DNA from: Candidatus Desulfaltia sp.
GTDB taxonomy: Bacteria; Acidobacteriota; Aminicenantia; Aminicenantales; UBA8522
Direction of reading: 5' to 3'
Assembly (NCBI GenBank): GCA_035528895.1
Contig: DATKXS010000157.1
Coordinates: 1,843-65,842 of the forward strand
DNA: 64,000 bases
Shown: positions 31,043-44,746 of the stretch, one piece after another
How the letters are laid out: each line of letters begins with the position of its first letter
Position numbering within the stretch: the first letter of the stretch is position 1
The notes under the pieces: generated by a model
What the model was told of the DNA's origin: nothing
Database searches by the model: none
The model's input: only the letters and a program-made list of their open reading frames with translations
Made by a program: the position numbers and the translations under genes

Positions 31043-31306
31043 CTATTCCGTCTGAGGAAGGTTCGCAAGCAACCCCTTGGCGAGGGAGAAGTCGTCTTCC
31101 GAGACCATCACTCTGAGCTCACCCATGCCGTCCACGGTCATCGGATAGACGGACTGAACCATCTGCCCCTGGAGGATGCAGGAGATTCCCTGGCTCTCCA
31201 AGAAGTTCTTGATGACCTCGGCTTCGACGGGTCCCATGACCCGTACGAGCTCCCTGAGTTTCATGTCTTTTGCGGACTTACGGCCTTTTCTATCTTCTGC
31301 CGACAT
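31043..31306 (-). CDS. DUF2007-type small protein (putative signal-transducing, GlnB-like fold)
   Basis: About 80-aa product whose core [23 protein letters not shown]...LRVMV resembles the DUF2007 pattern. The start is uncertain. Confidence 0.4.
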   Translation of the reverse strand: MSAEDRKGRKSAKDMKLRELVRVMGPVEAEVIKNFLESQGISCILQGQMVQSVYPMTVDGMGELRVMVSEDDFSLAKGLLANLPQTE

Positions 31307-31715
31307 CTTTCTTCCTCCAGTAATCTGCCAGGATCCGTTCGTGGTCGAAGGCCAGAGGGCGAGGCCTGTCTTCTTCGGTGAAGATCCCGATATTCCGGGC
31401 ATCGTCCTGGGCCCGGGGATGTCCCTGCGCTGTGGCGATGTAGACAGTGGTGATGGTGTGGAAACGAGGATCGCGGCCGGGGTCGGAATAGGTGTGGAAC
31501 TGCTCGATCAGGACGATGTCGAGCGATGTCTCTTCCTTAGCTTCCCGGACGGCGGCCTCTTCCAGCGACTCGCCGTATTCGACGAAGCCGCCGGGAAGGG
31601 CCCAGCCGAAAGGCGGGAATTTCCGCTCGACCAGGACGATGCCGGGACGGCCGTCCTCATGCTCGATCTCGATGATGATATCGACGGTCGGAAAAGGATT
31701 CTTGTGTTCGATCAT
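31290..31715 (-). CDS. NUDIX hydrolase
   Basis: Nudix box [24 protein letters not shown] (GX5EX7REUXEEXGU). The ATG at 31715 is tightly packed against the upstream gene's stop. Confidence 0.85.
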   Translation of the reverse strand: MIEHKNPFPTVDIIIEIEHEDGRPGIVLVERKFPPFGWALPGGFVEYGESLEEAAVREAKEETSLDIVLIEQFHTYSDPGRDPRFHTITTVYIATAQGHPRAQDDARNIGIFTEEDRPRPLAFDHERILADYWRKKDVGRR

Positions 31716-31716
31716 C

Positions 31717-33012
31717 TCAGAAAAAACTGGAGCCGACCAGGACGAGGGGCTCGGCGAGCAGAAGCCGGTATTTCTCGATCTCTTTCCCGAAATCGCCCAG
31801 CAGCTCTTCCTTGAGCGGCTCGACGGGGTCGAACTTGGCGCTGAGGGGATTGAGATAGCTGCCGTTGCGCTTGATCCGGTAATCCAGGTGGGGGCCGGTC
31901 GAATCCCCCGAGGAGCCGACATACCCCACGATGCCGCCGCTCTTCACCCGGGCCCCCGAACGGATCCCGGGACCGAAGCTCCGCAGATGGAGGTACATCG
32001 TCTCATAGGCGTTCTTGTGCCGGATCCTGACCATCCGGCCCGAGGCTCCGTTCCATCCGGCGAAGGACACCACGCCGTCGGCCGTGGCCTGGACCGGTGT
32101 CCCGACCTGAGCCGCGTAGTCCACTCCGTAGTGCGCCCTGTACACCTTGTGGATCGGGTGGAGCCGGCTCCGGCTAAAGCGGGAAGTGATCCGCGCCCAC
32201 TTGATCGGGGACTTCCGGAATTCTTTCTCCAGTGATTGGCCTTGAGCGTCGTAATAACCGGGCTTATGAGTATCGGGGGGCGAAGCGAAATAGAAAGCCT
32301 GGTGGATTTTTCCCTGGTTGAGGAGTTCAGCGGCCAGGATCTGCCCGTAGCCGATGAACCTTCCCTGGAGGTACCTTTTCTCGAAGATGACCTTGAAGGT
32401 ATCCCCCTGCCTGATGTCTATGTAGAAATCGACATCCCAGCCGAAAAGGTCGGCGAAGGCCAGGGCCAGAGAATCCTCTTCTCCGTGCCGGTCGAAGGCC
32501 TGGATGGGGCTGTCCTCGATCGTGCCCCAGACCATGCCGATCTCTGTCTCGACCGGACGAGCCTCGAGCGCTGCCCGAAACAGGTCCTCTCGTTTCTCTA
32601 CGCTCAAATAGTTGATGTCATCGACATCGTATTCCAGCCGCACCACGGCTCCGGATGGGTCGGCATAGAGACGGAGGAACCGGCCGGCCCTGATACGGCG
32701 CAGGTCGAAGACCGGCTTAATCTGGTCATACAGTGCCTGGATATCGGCCGGAGAAAACCCATAACGGGATAGGATCTTGCCGATGGTGTCCCCCGGGCGA
32801 ACCCTGATCTGGTATTCTGCCAGGGCGGGCGAGGGAACGGCCGATGAAACCGGCGCCCACGTCTTGGCCGGGACGGGAGGGGTCCTTTGGCCATCGACCC
32901 GGGTCAAAACGAAGATGACGACGGCGGTGAGAACGGCGAGGAGCGTGAGGATGAGGAGCAGGCGCTTCCTTTTCTGGCGCTGGATTCTGAAATAAACTCT
33001 GGAAGCCGTCAT
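31717..33012 (-). CDS. membrane-anchored M23 family metallo-endopeptidase (MepM/LytM-like)
   Basis: N-terminal TM segment. M23 motifs HYGVDYAA...G and [16 protein letters not shown] in the C-terminal domain. Confidence 0.85.
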   Translation of the reverse strand: MTASRVYFRIQRQKRKRLLLILTLLAVLTAVVIFVLTRVDGQRTPPVPAKTWAPVSSAVPSPALAEYQIRVRPGDTIGKILSRYGFSPADIQALYDQIKPVFDLRRIRAGRFLRLYADPSGAVVRLEYDVDDINYLSVEKREDLFRAALEARPVETEIGMVWGTIEDSPIQAFDRHGEEDSLALAFADLFGWDVDFYIDIRQGDTFKVIFEKRYLQGRFIGYGQILAAELLNQGKIHQAFYFASPPDTHKPGYYDAQGQSLEKEFRKSPIKWARITSRFSRSRLHPIHKVYRAHYGVDYAAQVGTPVQATADGVVSFAGWNGASGRMVRIRHKNAYETMYLHLRSFGPGIRSGARVKSGGIVGYVGSSGDSTGPHLDYRIKRNGSYLNPLSAKFDPVEPLKEELLGDFGKEIEKYRLLLAEPLVLVGSSFF

Positions 33013-33082
33013 GACCTTTCCGGCGTTCTCTGTTCTCTACTCCCCCGGGCCCTCTGGAGCTTCATTTTTCCGTCCGGACCGG

Positions 33083-34561
33083 CTAGCGGTTCGCCCGGGC
33101 ATAAGCCCCCAGGAACGCGAGCTTGACCACATCGGCGATGATGTCGGGGTTGATGCGGTAAATCGTGTCGCCTGTTTGGTGGTAGTGAAGATGCGGTCCG
33201 TTGGAGTGGAATGAGACGCAGGGAATCCCTTTTTGGTAAAAGGGAGCGTGGTCCGATCCCCTGACGCCCACCCCTCTGATCGGATAGGCGCCTCCGAGCG
33301 TCCCGACATGCTGATCGGCCTCTTCGATGAGGGTTTTGAGTTCGGGGACATCCCCGCTGTATCCGATGCCCGCGCCATCCCCTTCGCCGACCATGTCGAA
33401 GTTGAACATCGTGTCCACTTTGCTGAAAGGCCGGGGGATATGTTCGACAAAATAGGAGGAGCCCTGGAGCCCCATCTCCTCGCCCCCGAAGAGGGCGAAG
33501 ACGACCGAGCGTTTGGGTTTTTTCCCCAGTTTAGCGAAGGCTTCGGCGATCTCCATGACGGCCGCGCTCCCGCTGGCGTTGTCGTCCGCGCCGGGAAAAA
33601 GAAGCCCCATGTGGAGCCCGTTGTGATCGAAATGCCCGCCGATGACAAGACACTCCTCACGGAGCTTCGCATCCGAGCCCTCGACATAGCCCACAACATT
33701 GTAGCCGATTCCTTCCGGAAAGGGCCTGGCTTCGACTTTGAGGTGGGCCTTCGCCTTTAGCGGAAAAGAGAGGGGGCGTTTATAGGTGGCGAGGTCTTTC
33801 CTGAGTTCGGCGGCCGTGATCCCTTTTTCCTTGAGGACGATGTCGGCGACCTTGGCGTTGATCTCGGCTGGCAAGAAGCCTTCGATCCAGTCTCCGTTGG
33901 GGTTGGAGGCGATCTCGTCGTAGATGTAGATGAGGCCGAAGGCACCCATGTCCTTGGCTGTTTTCATCCGGGCGCGATGATGGTCGTGGGGCTCGAAGCG
34001 CCGGTCGGCCTGGTCGGGCGTCCCCCGGAAGCAGAGGATGAACTTTTCCGCGACGTCCAGTCCCGCATAATCGTCGTATCCCAGATCGGGCGCGCTGATG
34101 CCCCAGCCGGCGAAGACGAGCTCGCCGGTGCGGTCGCCGCTGTCGCTGAAGAGGAGGGGAAGAAACTCCTTTTCCGGCTCCAGCTTGACCTCTTTGACGG
34201 TCGTTTCCTTGGAGCCCTCGGGCTTCTCCTCCAGGAAGAGCGTCAGCCCGGCCCGGTCGATGATGACATAGGGCGAGGGATAGGATTGGAGGTATCCCGA
34301 TTCCCGGCTGAGCGGCTTGAGCCCCCATTCTTTGAATTTGGCGGCCGCCCATCTGGCCGCGGCCGTGTAGCCCTCATGGCCGGTCAGCCGGCCAGCGAAC
34401 TTTTCTGAGGAGAGAGTCTTGCAGTAGGAATATGCCTCCAGAGGTTGGATGGAGTTCAATGCATTCCGGACATCGGCGGCCAGCTTCTCGGCGGCCGATA
34501 AGAGCCCACCCGTCGAGAAGGCCAGAGAACAAACGAGGAAAACGAGAAAACGCCTTTTCAT
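33083..34561 (-). CDS. secreted M28 family zinc aminopeptidase with PA domain
   Basis: Signal peptide. M28 metal-ligand motifs (HFDHNG, DNASGSAAVMEIA, GGEEMGLQGS). Confidence 0.8.
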   Translation of the reverse strand: MKRRFLVFLVCSLAFSTGGLLSAAEKLAADVRNALNSIQPLEAYSYCKTLSSEKFAGRLTGHEGYTAAARWAAAKFKEWGLKPLSRESGYLQSYPSPYVIIDRAGLTLFLEEKPEGSKETTVKEVKLEPEKEFLPLLFSDSGDRTGELVFAGWGISAPDLGYDDYAGLDVAEKFILCFRGTPDQADRRFEPHDHHRARMKTAKDMGAFGLIYIYDEIASNPNGDWIEGFLPAEINAKVADIVLKEKGITAAELRKDLATYKRPLSFPLKAKAHLKVEARPFPEGIGYNVVGYVEGSDAKLREECLVIGGHFDHNGLHMGLLFPGADDNASGSAAVMEIAEAFAKLGKKPKRSVVFALFGGEEMGLQGSSYFVEHIPRPFSKVDTMFNFDMVGEGDGAGIGYSGDVPELKTLIEEADQHVGTLGGAYPIRGVGVRGSDHAPFYQKGIPCVSFHSNGPHLHYHQTGDTIYRINPDIIADVVKLAFLGAYARANR

Positions 34562-34592
34562 ACCCTCCTCCTTTCGACGCCGGGGCAGACGG

Positions 34593-35171
34593 CTAGTTTT
34601 CGACCCGCCGGATGGAAATGATGGTCACGGCCTCGCGGGGGACATCCTCCATGCCGTGGACCATCATCGTCGGTGTCGTGGCGATGGCGTCGACGGCGTC
34701 GAGCCCGGAAATGACCTTGCCGAAAACGCAGTAGCCGAATCCCTCCGCCGTCTCGTCCCGGTGATCCAGGAAATCGTTGTCCACATGGTTGATGAAGAAC
34801 TGGCAGGTCGCGCTGTCGATCTCTCCCGAGCGGGCCATAGCGATCGTGCCGCGGGTGTTCTTGAGCCCGTTTCCGGCCTCGTTCTTGATCGCTGCCTTGG
34901 CCGGCCGGGTGGCGAGGTCGGCGGTCAGGCCGCCGCCCTGGATCATGAATCCCTTGATGACGCGGTGGAAGATCAGACCGTCATAGAATTTCGCCTCCAC
35001 GTAGGAAAGGAAATTCTTGACCGTGACGGGAGCTTTATCGGGGTAGAGCTCGATGGTGATGTCGCCCCGGCTCGTTTTCAGCAGGACCTTCGGGTTGGCC
35101 GCCTCGGCGTTTCCGCCGGAGAAGGCCATGAAGGCGCCGACGACGAGCACAAGGAGCAGTCGGTTGGTCAT
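34593..35171 (-). CDS. ppiA: cyclophilin-type peptidyl-prolyl cis-trans isomerase, periplasmic
   Basis: Signal peptide. Cyclophilin motifs FHRVIKGFMIQGG and GTIAMAR. Confidence 0.9.
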   Translation of the reverse strand: MTNRLLLVLVVGAFMAFSGGNAEAANPKVLLKTSRGDITIELYPDKAPVTVKNFLSYVEAKFYDGLIFHRVIKGFMIQGGGLTADLATRPAKAAIKNEAGNGLKNTRGTIAMARSGEIDSATCQFFINHVDNDFLDHRDETAEGFGYCVFGKVISGLDAVDAIATTPTMMVHGMEDVPREAVTIISIRRVEN

Positions 35172-35264
35172 GACGAACCTCCTCGGTTTTTGTTGGGGAG
35201 ACCATAAATATCAGAAACGGCAGCCCAAATCAACCAGGCTCAGGAATCGCTGCGGGTAATCATT

Positions 35265-35306
35265 TCTGTTTTGGTGATTCCATTGGTCGCAGGAGGCCGC
35301 CCCAAG
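35265..35306. repeat. truncated copy (5' arm only) of the structured intergenic repeat family
   Basis: ttttggtgattccattggtcgcaggaggccgcccc matches the first ~40 nt of the elements at 5810 and 51822, then diverges. Confidence 0.55.
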
Positions 35307-35364
35307 GGATTCTTGATTCGCTCCCGGTGCTGTGATAAAAAGGCTCTTCCTACAGGAGGCAAAG

Positions 35365-36906
35365 ATGAAAAGAGGAACATCTCGGGTGCTTTCCGGCCTC
35401 ATCCTTTTGGCTTCGATCTCTTCAGTTGCAAGCGCCGTCGGCCGATCCGCTTCACAGACGATTGGAGACGAACAGAAGATCCTCAGCAGCCTCCACACGA
35501 TCTCAAGCCAGACACTTTATGGCTACGTTAAAGAACTGGTCTCGGAGAAATACGGCGGCCGGTTGACCGGGACTCCGGAGTACGACGCCTGCGCCGACTG
35601 GGTCGCCTCGCTCCTGAAAAAGTGGGGAGTTCAGCCCGGGGGCGACGGCGGCGGCTACAAGCAGTCTTTTCCCAATCCCTACACCCTGGTCTTTCCCGGC
35701 TGTAAGGTCTATCTGCGGCTGCCCATCAACGGCGCTGAAGTCAGGAAATATTACCGTTACGAAGACGAGTTTATCCCCGGAGGGACCTCGGGATCAGGGG
35801 AGGTGACGGCCGAAGTCGTCTATGTCGGGTATGGCGTGACCGCGCCGGAGCTCGGATATGACGACTATGCCGGAGTTAACGTCGAGGGCAAGATCCTGCT
35901 GATGGAAAGGGAGGTGCCGGTTTCGCCCGACAAGGATGCCGGCCTGTTCAAGAGATGGCGGCCTTACTCTTTTCACCAGTATAAACTGGAGAACGCGGTC
36001 GTCCAAGGCGCCAGAGGCATGCTTTACAATTACGGGCCGATCGGCAATCCCAACAATTCCTATGACGCCGGTTTCATCTACAGTCACGTGGGCGATGCTG
36101 TCATCGCCGATGTCTTCGCCGGCACGGGACGCGACCACAAGGCGACCGTGGAGAGGATCCGGGAGACCTTGAGGCCGCAGTCCTTCGCCACGGGCAAGGT
36201 CTTCACCATCAAGAACCTGACCGAACATCATCCTGACGGTATCGGCGCCAACGTCATCGGGCTCATCGAAGGCGCCGACCCCGTCCTCAAGGACGAGCTC
36301 ATCATCCTCGGCGGGCACCTCGACCACCTCGGTCGTCTCTGGGAGCTCATGCCCGGGGCGAACGACAACGCTACGGCGGTGGCGGTCATGCTGGGCGTTG
36401 CCGAAGCCATGTCCAAGTGTCCGGTCAAACCCCGGCGCTCGGTCATGTTCCTGTTTTTCGGGGCGGAGGAGCAGGGCGTTGCGGGTTCCGAGTTCTATGT
36501 CAACCATCCCGTTTTCCCGCTGGAAAAAACGGCGGCCTTCATCAACATGGAAGGACCCGGCAGCGGCGATAAAATCGGGGTCCTGGCGGGAAAGAACTTT
36601 CCCGATCTCTACGGATTTCTCGAGAAGGCAAACAGCCATTACATCCACCGCGTGATCGAAGCGTCCCACTTCGCCAACATCGCCCGGCCGCGCCAGGACA
36701 CGGCGCGCTTCCTCTGGAAAGGAGTGCCCGGCGTCACGGTCGGCGCCTCCGAGAGCGATCCTGTCGACCGGCCTCCTTCCTACCACAACACCCGCGATAA
36801 CCTCGAAAGCGTCAGGCCGGAGATCATGGAGGACATCGCCCAGCTCCTGTTCGCGGCCATCATGGACATGAGCGATGAGCCGGCTCTGAATTTCCGAAAG
36901 CGGTAG
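35365..36906 (+). CDS. secreted M28 family zinc aminopeptidase with PA domain (paralog of 33083..34561)
   Basis: Signal peptide MKRGTSRVLSGLILLASISSVASA. M28 motifs (HLDHLG, DNATAVAVMLGVAEA, GAEEQGVAGS). Architecture parallels the divergently encoded paralog. Confidence 0.8.
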   Translation: MKRGTSRVLSGLILLASISSVASAVGRSASQTIGDEQKILSSLHTISSQTLYGYVKELVSEKYGGRLTGTPEYDACADWVASLLKKWGVQPGGDGGGYKQSFPNPYTLVFPGCKVYLRLPINGAEVRKYYRYEDEFIPGGTSGSGEVTAEVVYVGYGVTAPELGYDDYAGVNVEGKILLMEREVPVSPDKDAGLFKRWRPYSFHQYKLENAVVQGARGMLYNYGPIGNPNNSYDAGFIYSHVGDAVIADVFAGTGRDHKATVERIRETLRPQSFATGKVFTIKNLTEHHPDGIGANVIGLIEGADPVLKDELIILGGHLDHLGRLWELMPGANDNATAVAVMLGVAEAMSKCPVKPRRSVMFLFFGAEEQGVAGSEFYVNHPVFPLEKTAAFINMEGPGSGDKIGVLAGKNFPDLYGFLEKANSHYIHRVIEASHFANIARPRQDTARFLWKGVPGVTVGASESDPVDRPPSYHNTRDNLESVRPEIMEDIAQLLFAAIMDMSDEPALNFRKR

Positions 36907-37046
36907 AATGGGACCTGTCATGGCGCATCTCCTCCGACCTCGCTCAAGACCCGCCCACCCACCCCATCCGCTCGGTCGCTCGGAGACAAGCGCCATGCCA
37001 CCCATTCCCAAAAAAAACATCTGTCTAATGTGATAGGAGGCTCGAC

Positions 37047-38186
37047 ATGTTGTACCATATGCCCACAGCCGTCATCTTTGGGGCGGGCACGTTCGCTGAA
37101 TTGCGGCGAGTTGTCCAGGATGAATTCCGTTCTTCCCGCCCATTTTTGGTCACCGATCGAGGTGTCGTTGAAGCCGGAATTGCCGAGAAGGTTCTGGCCC
37201 ATCTATCTCCGGTGGCCGTTTATGACGAGGTCGAGCCGAATCCCAGGCATGGCACCATTGACAGAGCGGGGGAGTTCGTCCGGACTCTCCGTCCCGACCT
37301 CATCGTCGGAGTCGGCGGCGGCAGCGCCCTGGATGCCGCCAAGGCGATCGCCCTGCTGGCGACGAATCCGGGCCGGATCGAGGAATATGAAGGTCGGGAG
37401 CGCTACAAGACCGCTCCTCTTCCCGTATTCGCGATTCCCACAACTTGTGGCACTGGAAGCGAGGTTACCTGGGTGGCCGTCATCACTCACACTGGGCGCC
37501 AGTTCAAGATGAGCATCAAGGGAACGCGGATGTATCCGGCGGCGGCGCTCGTCGACCCGGACCTGCTCATGACTTTGCCTTCTCATCTTATTGCCTCGAC
37601 GGGCCTGGATGCCCTCACCCATGCCGTCGAAGCCTTCACTGTCAAGCCGGCCAATTTCATCTCCGATACTCTGGCCCTGGAATCGATCCGCCTGATCTTT
37701 CGCTTTCTCCCGCGGGCCTATCAAGATATCAAGGGCGATAGCGAGGCCAGGGAAGGGCAGATGAAGGGAAGCCTCCTGGCCGGGATGGCCTTCGGGAACA
37801 GTGATGTCGGCGCCGTCCACTGTTTGGCCGAATCCGTCGGGTCGCTCTACGACACGCCGCACGGGGTCGCCAATGCGATTTTTCTGCCTCCCGTCATGGA
37901 GTTCAATCTTCCGGCGGCGAGAGAGAAGTACGCGGCCATCGCCGCCGCCATCGGCCTCGAGGCCGCCGCCAAGGATGACGCCGCTCGCGCCCTCATCCAG
38001 AAAATCAAGGACCTGTCCCGTTCCCTCTCCATCCCCTCTTTTCGGGACTTGAGAATCCCGGGGGGCGATTTCGTCGCCATCGCCCGGAAGTCTTTCGAGA
38101 ACAATTCGAACTTCTCCAACCCCCGCGAAGCCAGCGCCGAGGATTATCTTCACATCTTGCGGCAGGTCCACCAGGCGGGCGCATAG
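37047..38186 (+). CDS. iron-containing (group III) alcohol dehydrogenase
   Basis: Fe-ADH motifs (GGGSALDAAKAIA; metal-binding HxxxH region, ALTHAVEA) and the glycine-rich NAD site. Confidence 0.85.
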   Translation: MLYHMPTAVIFGAGTFAELRRVVQDEFRSSRPFLVTDRGVVEAGIAEKVLAHLSPVAVYDEVEPNPRHGTIDRAGEFVRTLRPDLIVGVGGGSALDAAKAIALLATNPGRIEEYEGRERYKTAPLPVFAIPTTCGTGSEVTWVAVITHTGRQFKMSIKGTRMYPAAALVDPDLLMTLPSHLIASTGLDALTHAVEAFTVKPANFISDTLALESIRLIFRFLPRAYQDIKGDSEAREGQMKGSLLAGMAFGNSDVGAVHCLAESVGSLYDTPHGVANAIFLPPVMEFNLPAAREKYAAIAAAIGLEAAAKDDAARALIQKIKDLSRSLSIPSFRDLRIPGGDFVAIARKSFENNSNFSNPREASAEDYLHILRQVHQAGA

Positions 38187-38411
38187 AAATTTGGGGACAT
38201 GAACCGAATTTCTGAGTTCGGCATCGTGTCCCCAAATTTCCAATTTAAGCGACGAGCTGGCACTCCTAATTTCGGCAAGGCGAGGGGTAGTGGCATCGAA
38301 ACCGTGCCCGCTCACTCCTCATACGGGTTTTTCCTGCCACTACCCCTCACCTCATAAAAAAGACAAAGCAAGCATATTCTCTTAAGACAAGGCGAGCTAT
38401 ATATCCCGAGC

Positions 38412-39407
38412 CTAGATTCGCAGTTCGACGATGTCCTCGTCTTCGAGAGCGAAATCGCGGTGGACCATCTGGCCCTGCAGTGACAGCGAGCCTTTCCTCC
38501 ATACCCGGGCGTATTTCAGTTTCTCGAAAAAGTCTTTGTGGACCGCGCTGGCCATTTCGCTCACCGTGCTGCCTTTGGGGAGTGAGAAGGGCTCGTTGAA
38601 ATCGGCCTTCTTGCCGGGCGTCTTGCTGTAGACGCGGATGATATCGAGGAGGAGGAAGATCTCTCTCTTGAGGCCGTCCAGCCCGTCGCCGCGCGCGGCC
38701 GACACGGGATAGAACGCGACCTTTCCTCCGAAATATTCCTTGACGAAAGCGAGGTTTTCACCGGCAAGAGGAGAATCCCGCTTGGTTCCGATGAAAAGAG
38801 TTTTTTTCTGATAACGGCCTGGTTCCGGGGGGGACGCCGGATTCTCGGCGTGAAACTCCACTCGTTTTTGCTCGAGCTTGGAAAGGAGACTCTCCAGGAT
38901 GGAAACGGTCTCCTGGTCGGCCAGGTCGAGGACGAGCAGAACGCCGTCGGCCGCTTTGACCAGCTCGACCAGGTCGGTCTCGATGTCGTCGGGCGCAAGG
39001 GGCTGTGTATCGACGAGCTGGACCTGGATGTTCTCGAATTTCATCATGTAGGGAGCGGGTGTGCGGGTCGTATAGGGGTAATCTCCGACTTCCGGGTGAG
39101 CGCCGGTGAGCGAAGCGATGAGCCGCGATTTCCCGGCATTGGGGGGGCCGATGACGACGACCTGTCCAGCGCCCGTTTTTTCGACGTGGAAGCTGGGTCC
39201 GTGCCGGGCCACCATGGGCTTCGCTAGGGCGGCCGACTTGAGCTTGGCCATCTTCGTTTTGAGCATGGCCTGAAGCTTCTCCGTCCCCTTGTGCTTGGGG
39301 ATCGTGGCCATCATCTCCTCGAGGGCCTTCATCTTCTCCTGGGGAGTCTTCGCCTCCCGGAATTTCCGTTCGGCTTCGATGTATTGGGGCGTCAGGTTGG
39401 CCGGCAT
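38412..39407 (-). CDS. Obg/DRG-family GTPase with C-terminal TGS domain
   Basis: G1 GPPNAGKS, G2 threonine (YPYTT) and G3 DTQP. The C-terminal ~80 aa have a TGS-like pattern (VHRDFALEDEDIVELRI). Confidence 0.75.
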   Translation of the reverse strand: MPANLTPQYIEAERKFREAKTPQEKMKALEEMMATIPKHKGTEKLQAMLKTKMAKLKSAALAKPMVARHGPSFHVEKTGAGQVVVIGPPNAGKSRLIASLTGAHPEVGDYPYTTRTPAPYMMKFENIQVQLVDTQPLAPDDIETDLVELVKAADGVLLVLDLADQETVSILESLLSKLEQKRVEFHAENPASPPEPGRYQKKTLFIGTKRDSPLAGENLAFVKEYFGGKVAFYPVSAARGDGLDGLKREIFLLLDIIRVYSKTPGKKADFNEPFSLPKGSTVSEMASAVHKDFFEKLKYARVWRKGSLSLQGQMVHRDFALEDEDIVELRI

Positions 39408-39601
39408 TTTCTGACCTTGGGATGGGAATTATAATCGATTGCCCTCGTCTATTCAAAGTAGAGAAAACGGCCGCCGGCCGGAAGCGGCGCGGCCGCAGAG
39501 AGCGAGCCCCAAAAAATTGTGATGATGAGCCGGACCAAGCACAAAATATTGTGGAAATGCCCCCAAAAACAGCTTTACTTGCAGGTCCTTTTCAGATATA
39601 A

Positions 39602-42067
<2,466 letters not shown>

Positions 42068-42092
42068 TCCGATCTTCGAAAGGACCTGACCG

Positions 42093-44570
42093 ATGACCCC
42101 TGCCGACAAGGACAAGAAACAGGACAAGTCCGCACAGCCGTTGCCGCCGCCGGCGGCCGAGCTCTCGGTGGTCAGCCTCGAAGAGGAGATGCGGCGTTCC
42201 TATATGGACTACGCCATGAGCGTTATCATCGGCCGGGCCATCCCCGACATCAAGGACGGCCTCAAGCCGGTCCACAGGCGCGTCCTCTACGCCATGTACG
42301 AATCGGGGACGACCCACACTAAACCCTACAAAAAGTCGGCCCGGATCGTCGGTGACGTCATCGGAAAATACCATCCCCACGGGGACCAGGCCGCCTACGA
42401 TACGTTGGTCCGCATGGCCCAGGACTTCAGCATGCGCTATGTGCTGGTCGACGGCCAGGGGAACTTCGGCTCGATCGACGGCGACCCACCGGCAGCCATG
42501 CGTTATACCGAGGTCCGGATGGCCAAGCCGGCCGCGGAGATGATGGCCGATATCGAGAAGGACACGGTCAACTTCATCCCCAACTATGACGAAAGCCTGA
42601 CCATGCCGGAGGTCTTGCCGACCAAGTTCCCCAACCTCCTGGTCAACGGCAGCTCGGGAATCGCCGTGGGCATGGCCACCAACATCCCGTCCCACAACCT
42701 GGCCGAGATTTGTGACGGCCTGGTCTACCTCGTCCAGCATCCGAACGTTTCCCTGGACAGGATCATGGACTTCGTCCCGGGGCCGGATTTTCCGACCGGG
42801 GGATTCATCTTCAACAAGCCGGGCATCCTGGATGCCTACCGAGACGGCCGGGGTGTCATCCAGCTCCGGGCCAAGTCGATGATCGAACATGGAGAAAAGG
42901 GAGAGCGTGAACGCATCGTCGTCACAGAGATTCCTTACGCGGTCAACAAGTCCCGTCTGATCGAGTCGATCGCCGACCTGGTCAACGCCAAGAAGATCGA
43001 GGGCATCGCCGACCTTCGCGACGAGTCCGACCGGGAGGGAATCCGCGTCGTCCTCGAGGTCAAGAAGGGCGAGTTGCCCGAGGTCGTCCTCAACAACCTC
43101 TACAAACACACGGCCCTGCAGACGTCCTTCGGAATCATCATGCTGGCCATCGTCGAGAAGCAGCCCAAGATGATGGGGCTACTGGACATGATGAAGTATT
43201 TCATCTCCCATCGCCAGGACGTCATCCGGCGGCGGACCCGCTTCGATCTGAAGAAGGCCGAGCTCCGGGCCCACATCCTGGAGGGACTGACCATCGCCCT
43301 CGACCACATCGACGCCATCATCAAGCTCATCCGCGCCTCCAAGAACGTCGACGAAGCACGGACCGGCCTGATGACCCGGTTCAAGCTGACCCAGATCCAG
43401 GCCCAGGCCATCCTGGAGATGCAGTTGCAGCGGCTGACCCACCTGGAACGGGACAAGATTGTCCAGGAATACACCGAGATCAAGGCCCTGATCGCCAAGC
43501 TGAAGAAGATCCTCGGCTCCGAGAAGCTCATCCAGGAGATCATCATCGACGAGCTCAAGGAGATCAAAGAGCATTACGGGGACGAGCGCCGGACCGAGAT
43601 CCGCGACGAGGTCATCACCGACATCCGGCCCGAGGACCTGATCAAGGAGGAGGACGTCGCCGTCATGACGACCCAGTCCGGATACATCAAGCGGACGTCC
43701 CTTTCCTCCTACCACTTCCAGATGCGCGGCGGCAAGGGCCGACGGGGGATCAGCATGAAGGCCGAGGATGTCATGGAAGACGTCTTCGTCTGTTCGACCC
43801 ACTCCTATCTCCTGTGCTTTACCAACAACGGCCGCGTCTACTGGCTCAAGGCCCTGGAAATCCCCGACGTCGGGATCTCGGGCCGGGGCAAGGCCATCGC
43901 CAACCTGATCGAGTTCCAGCCGGGCGAAAAGGCCACCTCGGTCGTGGCCGTGAAGGATTTCTCGGAGGACAGGTATATCGTCATGATGGCCAAGGACGGA
44001 TTGATCAAGAAGACCCGGCTGAGCGATTTCCGGAACATCCGGCGGGGCGGCATCATCGCCATGAGTCTGCGCAAGAAGAGCGAGCTTTTGTGGACGCGGC
44101 TGACCGAAGGCAAACGGGAAATCGTCATAGCCACCAAGCTCGGCAAGGCCATCCGGTTCAGCGAGAAAGACATCCGGCCGATGGGCAGGACGGCCGCCGG
44201 CGTCCGGGCGATGAGGTTGGCCAAGAAGGACGAGGTCATCGGGCTGGTGGCCATCGGTGAAGAGGATAAATTCATCTTCACGGCCAGCCAAAAGGGTTAC
44301 GGAAAGAGAACCGAGGTCGGTTTCTACCGGAAACAGCGCCGCGGCGGCAAGGGCCTGATCAACCTCAAGATCACCCCGAAGATCGGCCCGGCCGTAGCCG
44401 TGCTGGGAGTGGCCGAGGACGACCTTCTCATCGTCACCGAGAGCGGCAAGGTCATCCGCATCCAGACCAAGCAGGTCCGGGCGACGGGCCGGGCCACCCA
44501 GGGCGTCCGCCTGATCAACCTCGAGAACGGGGACAGGATTTGCTCGGTGGCCAAGGCCAGCGAGAGCTGA
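42093..44570 (+). CDS. gyrA: DNA gyrase subunit A
   Basis: [28 protein letters not shown] with the active-site Tyr region. C-terminal beta-pinwheel repeats. Confidence 0.97.
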   Translation: MTPADKDKKQDKSAQPLPPPAAELSVVSLEEEMRRSYMDYAMSVIIGRAIPDIKDGLKPVHRRVLYAMYESGTTHTKPYKKSARIVGDVIGKYHPHGDQAAYDTLVRMAQDFSMRYVLVDGQGNFGSIDGDPPAAMRYTEVRMAKPAAEMMADIEKDTVNFIPNYDESLTMPEVLPTKFPNLLVNGSSGIAVGMATNIPSHNLAEICDGLVYLVQHPNVSLDRIMDFVPGPDFPTGGFIFNKPGILDAYRDGRGVIQLRAKSMIEHGEKGERERIVVTEIPYAVNKSRLIESIADLVNAKKIEGIADLRDESDREGIRVVLEVKKGELPEVVLNNLYKHTALQTSFGIIMLAIVEKQPKMMGLLDMMKYFISHRQDVIRRRTRFDLKKAELRAHILEGLTIALDHIDAIIKLIRASKNVDEARTGLMTRFKLTQIQAQAILEMQLQRLTHLERDKIVQEYTEIKALIAKLKKILGSEKLIQEIIIDELKEIKEHYGDERRTEIRDEVITDIRPEDLIKEEDVAVMTTQSGYIKRTSLSSYHFQMRGGKGRRGISMKAEDVMEDVFVCSTHSYLLCFTNNGRVYWLKALEIPDVGISGRGKAIANLIEFQPGEKATSVVAVKDFSEDRYIVMMAKDGLIKKTRLSDFRNIRRGGIIAMSLRKKSELLWTRLTEGKREIVIATKLGKAIRFSEKDIRPMGRTAAGVRAMRLAKKDEVIGLVAIGEEDKFIFTASQKGYGKRTEVGFYRKQRRGGKGLINLKITPKIGPAVAVLGVAEDDLLIVTESGKVIRIQTKQVRATGRATQGVRLINLENGDRICSVAKASES

Positions 44571-44746
44571 GCCTCAAGATATCGCCCCGCGTTCTCTCTC
44601 CTCCCGGATATAGATGAGGGGCCGAAACATCGGGCTGCCAATGCCCGCATCAACCGTCGATCCGGCAGGCGGTTTCACTTTGTGCTTGACAGCCGATTCC
44701 TGACGAACCTACAATTGACCCACATCCCGAACCGGAGGAGGGAAGA

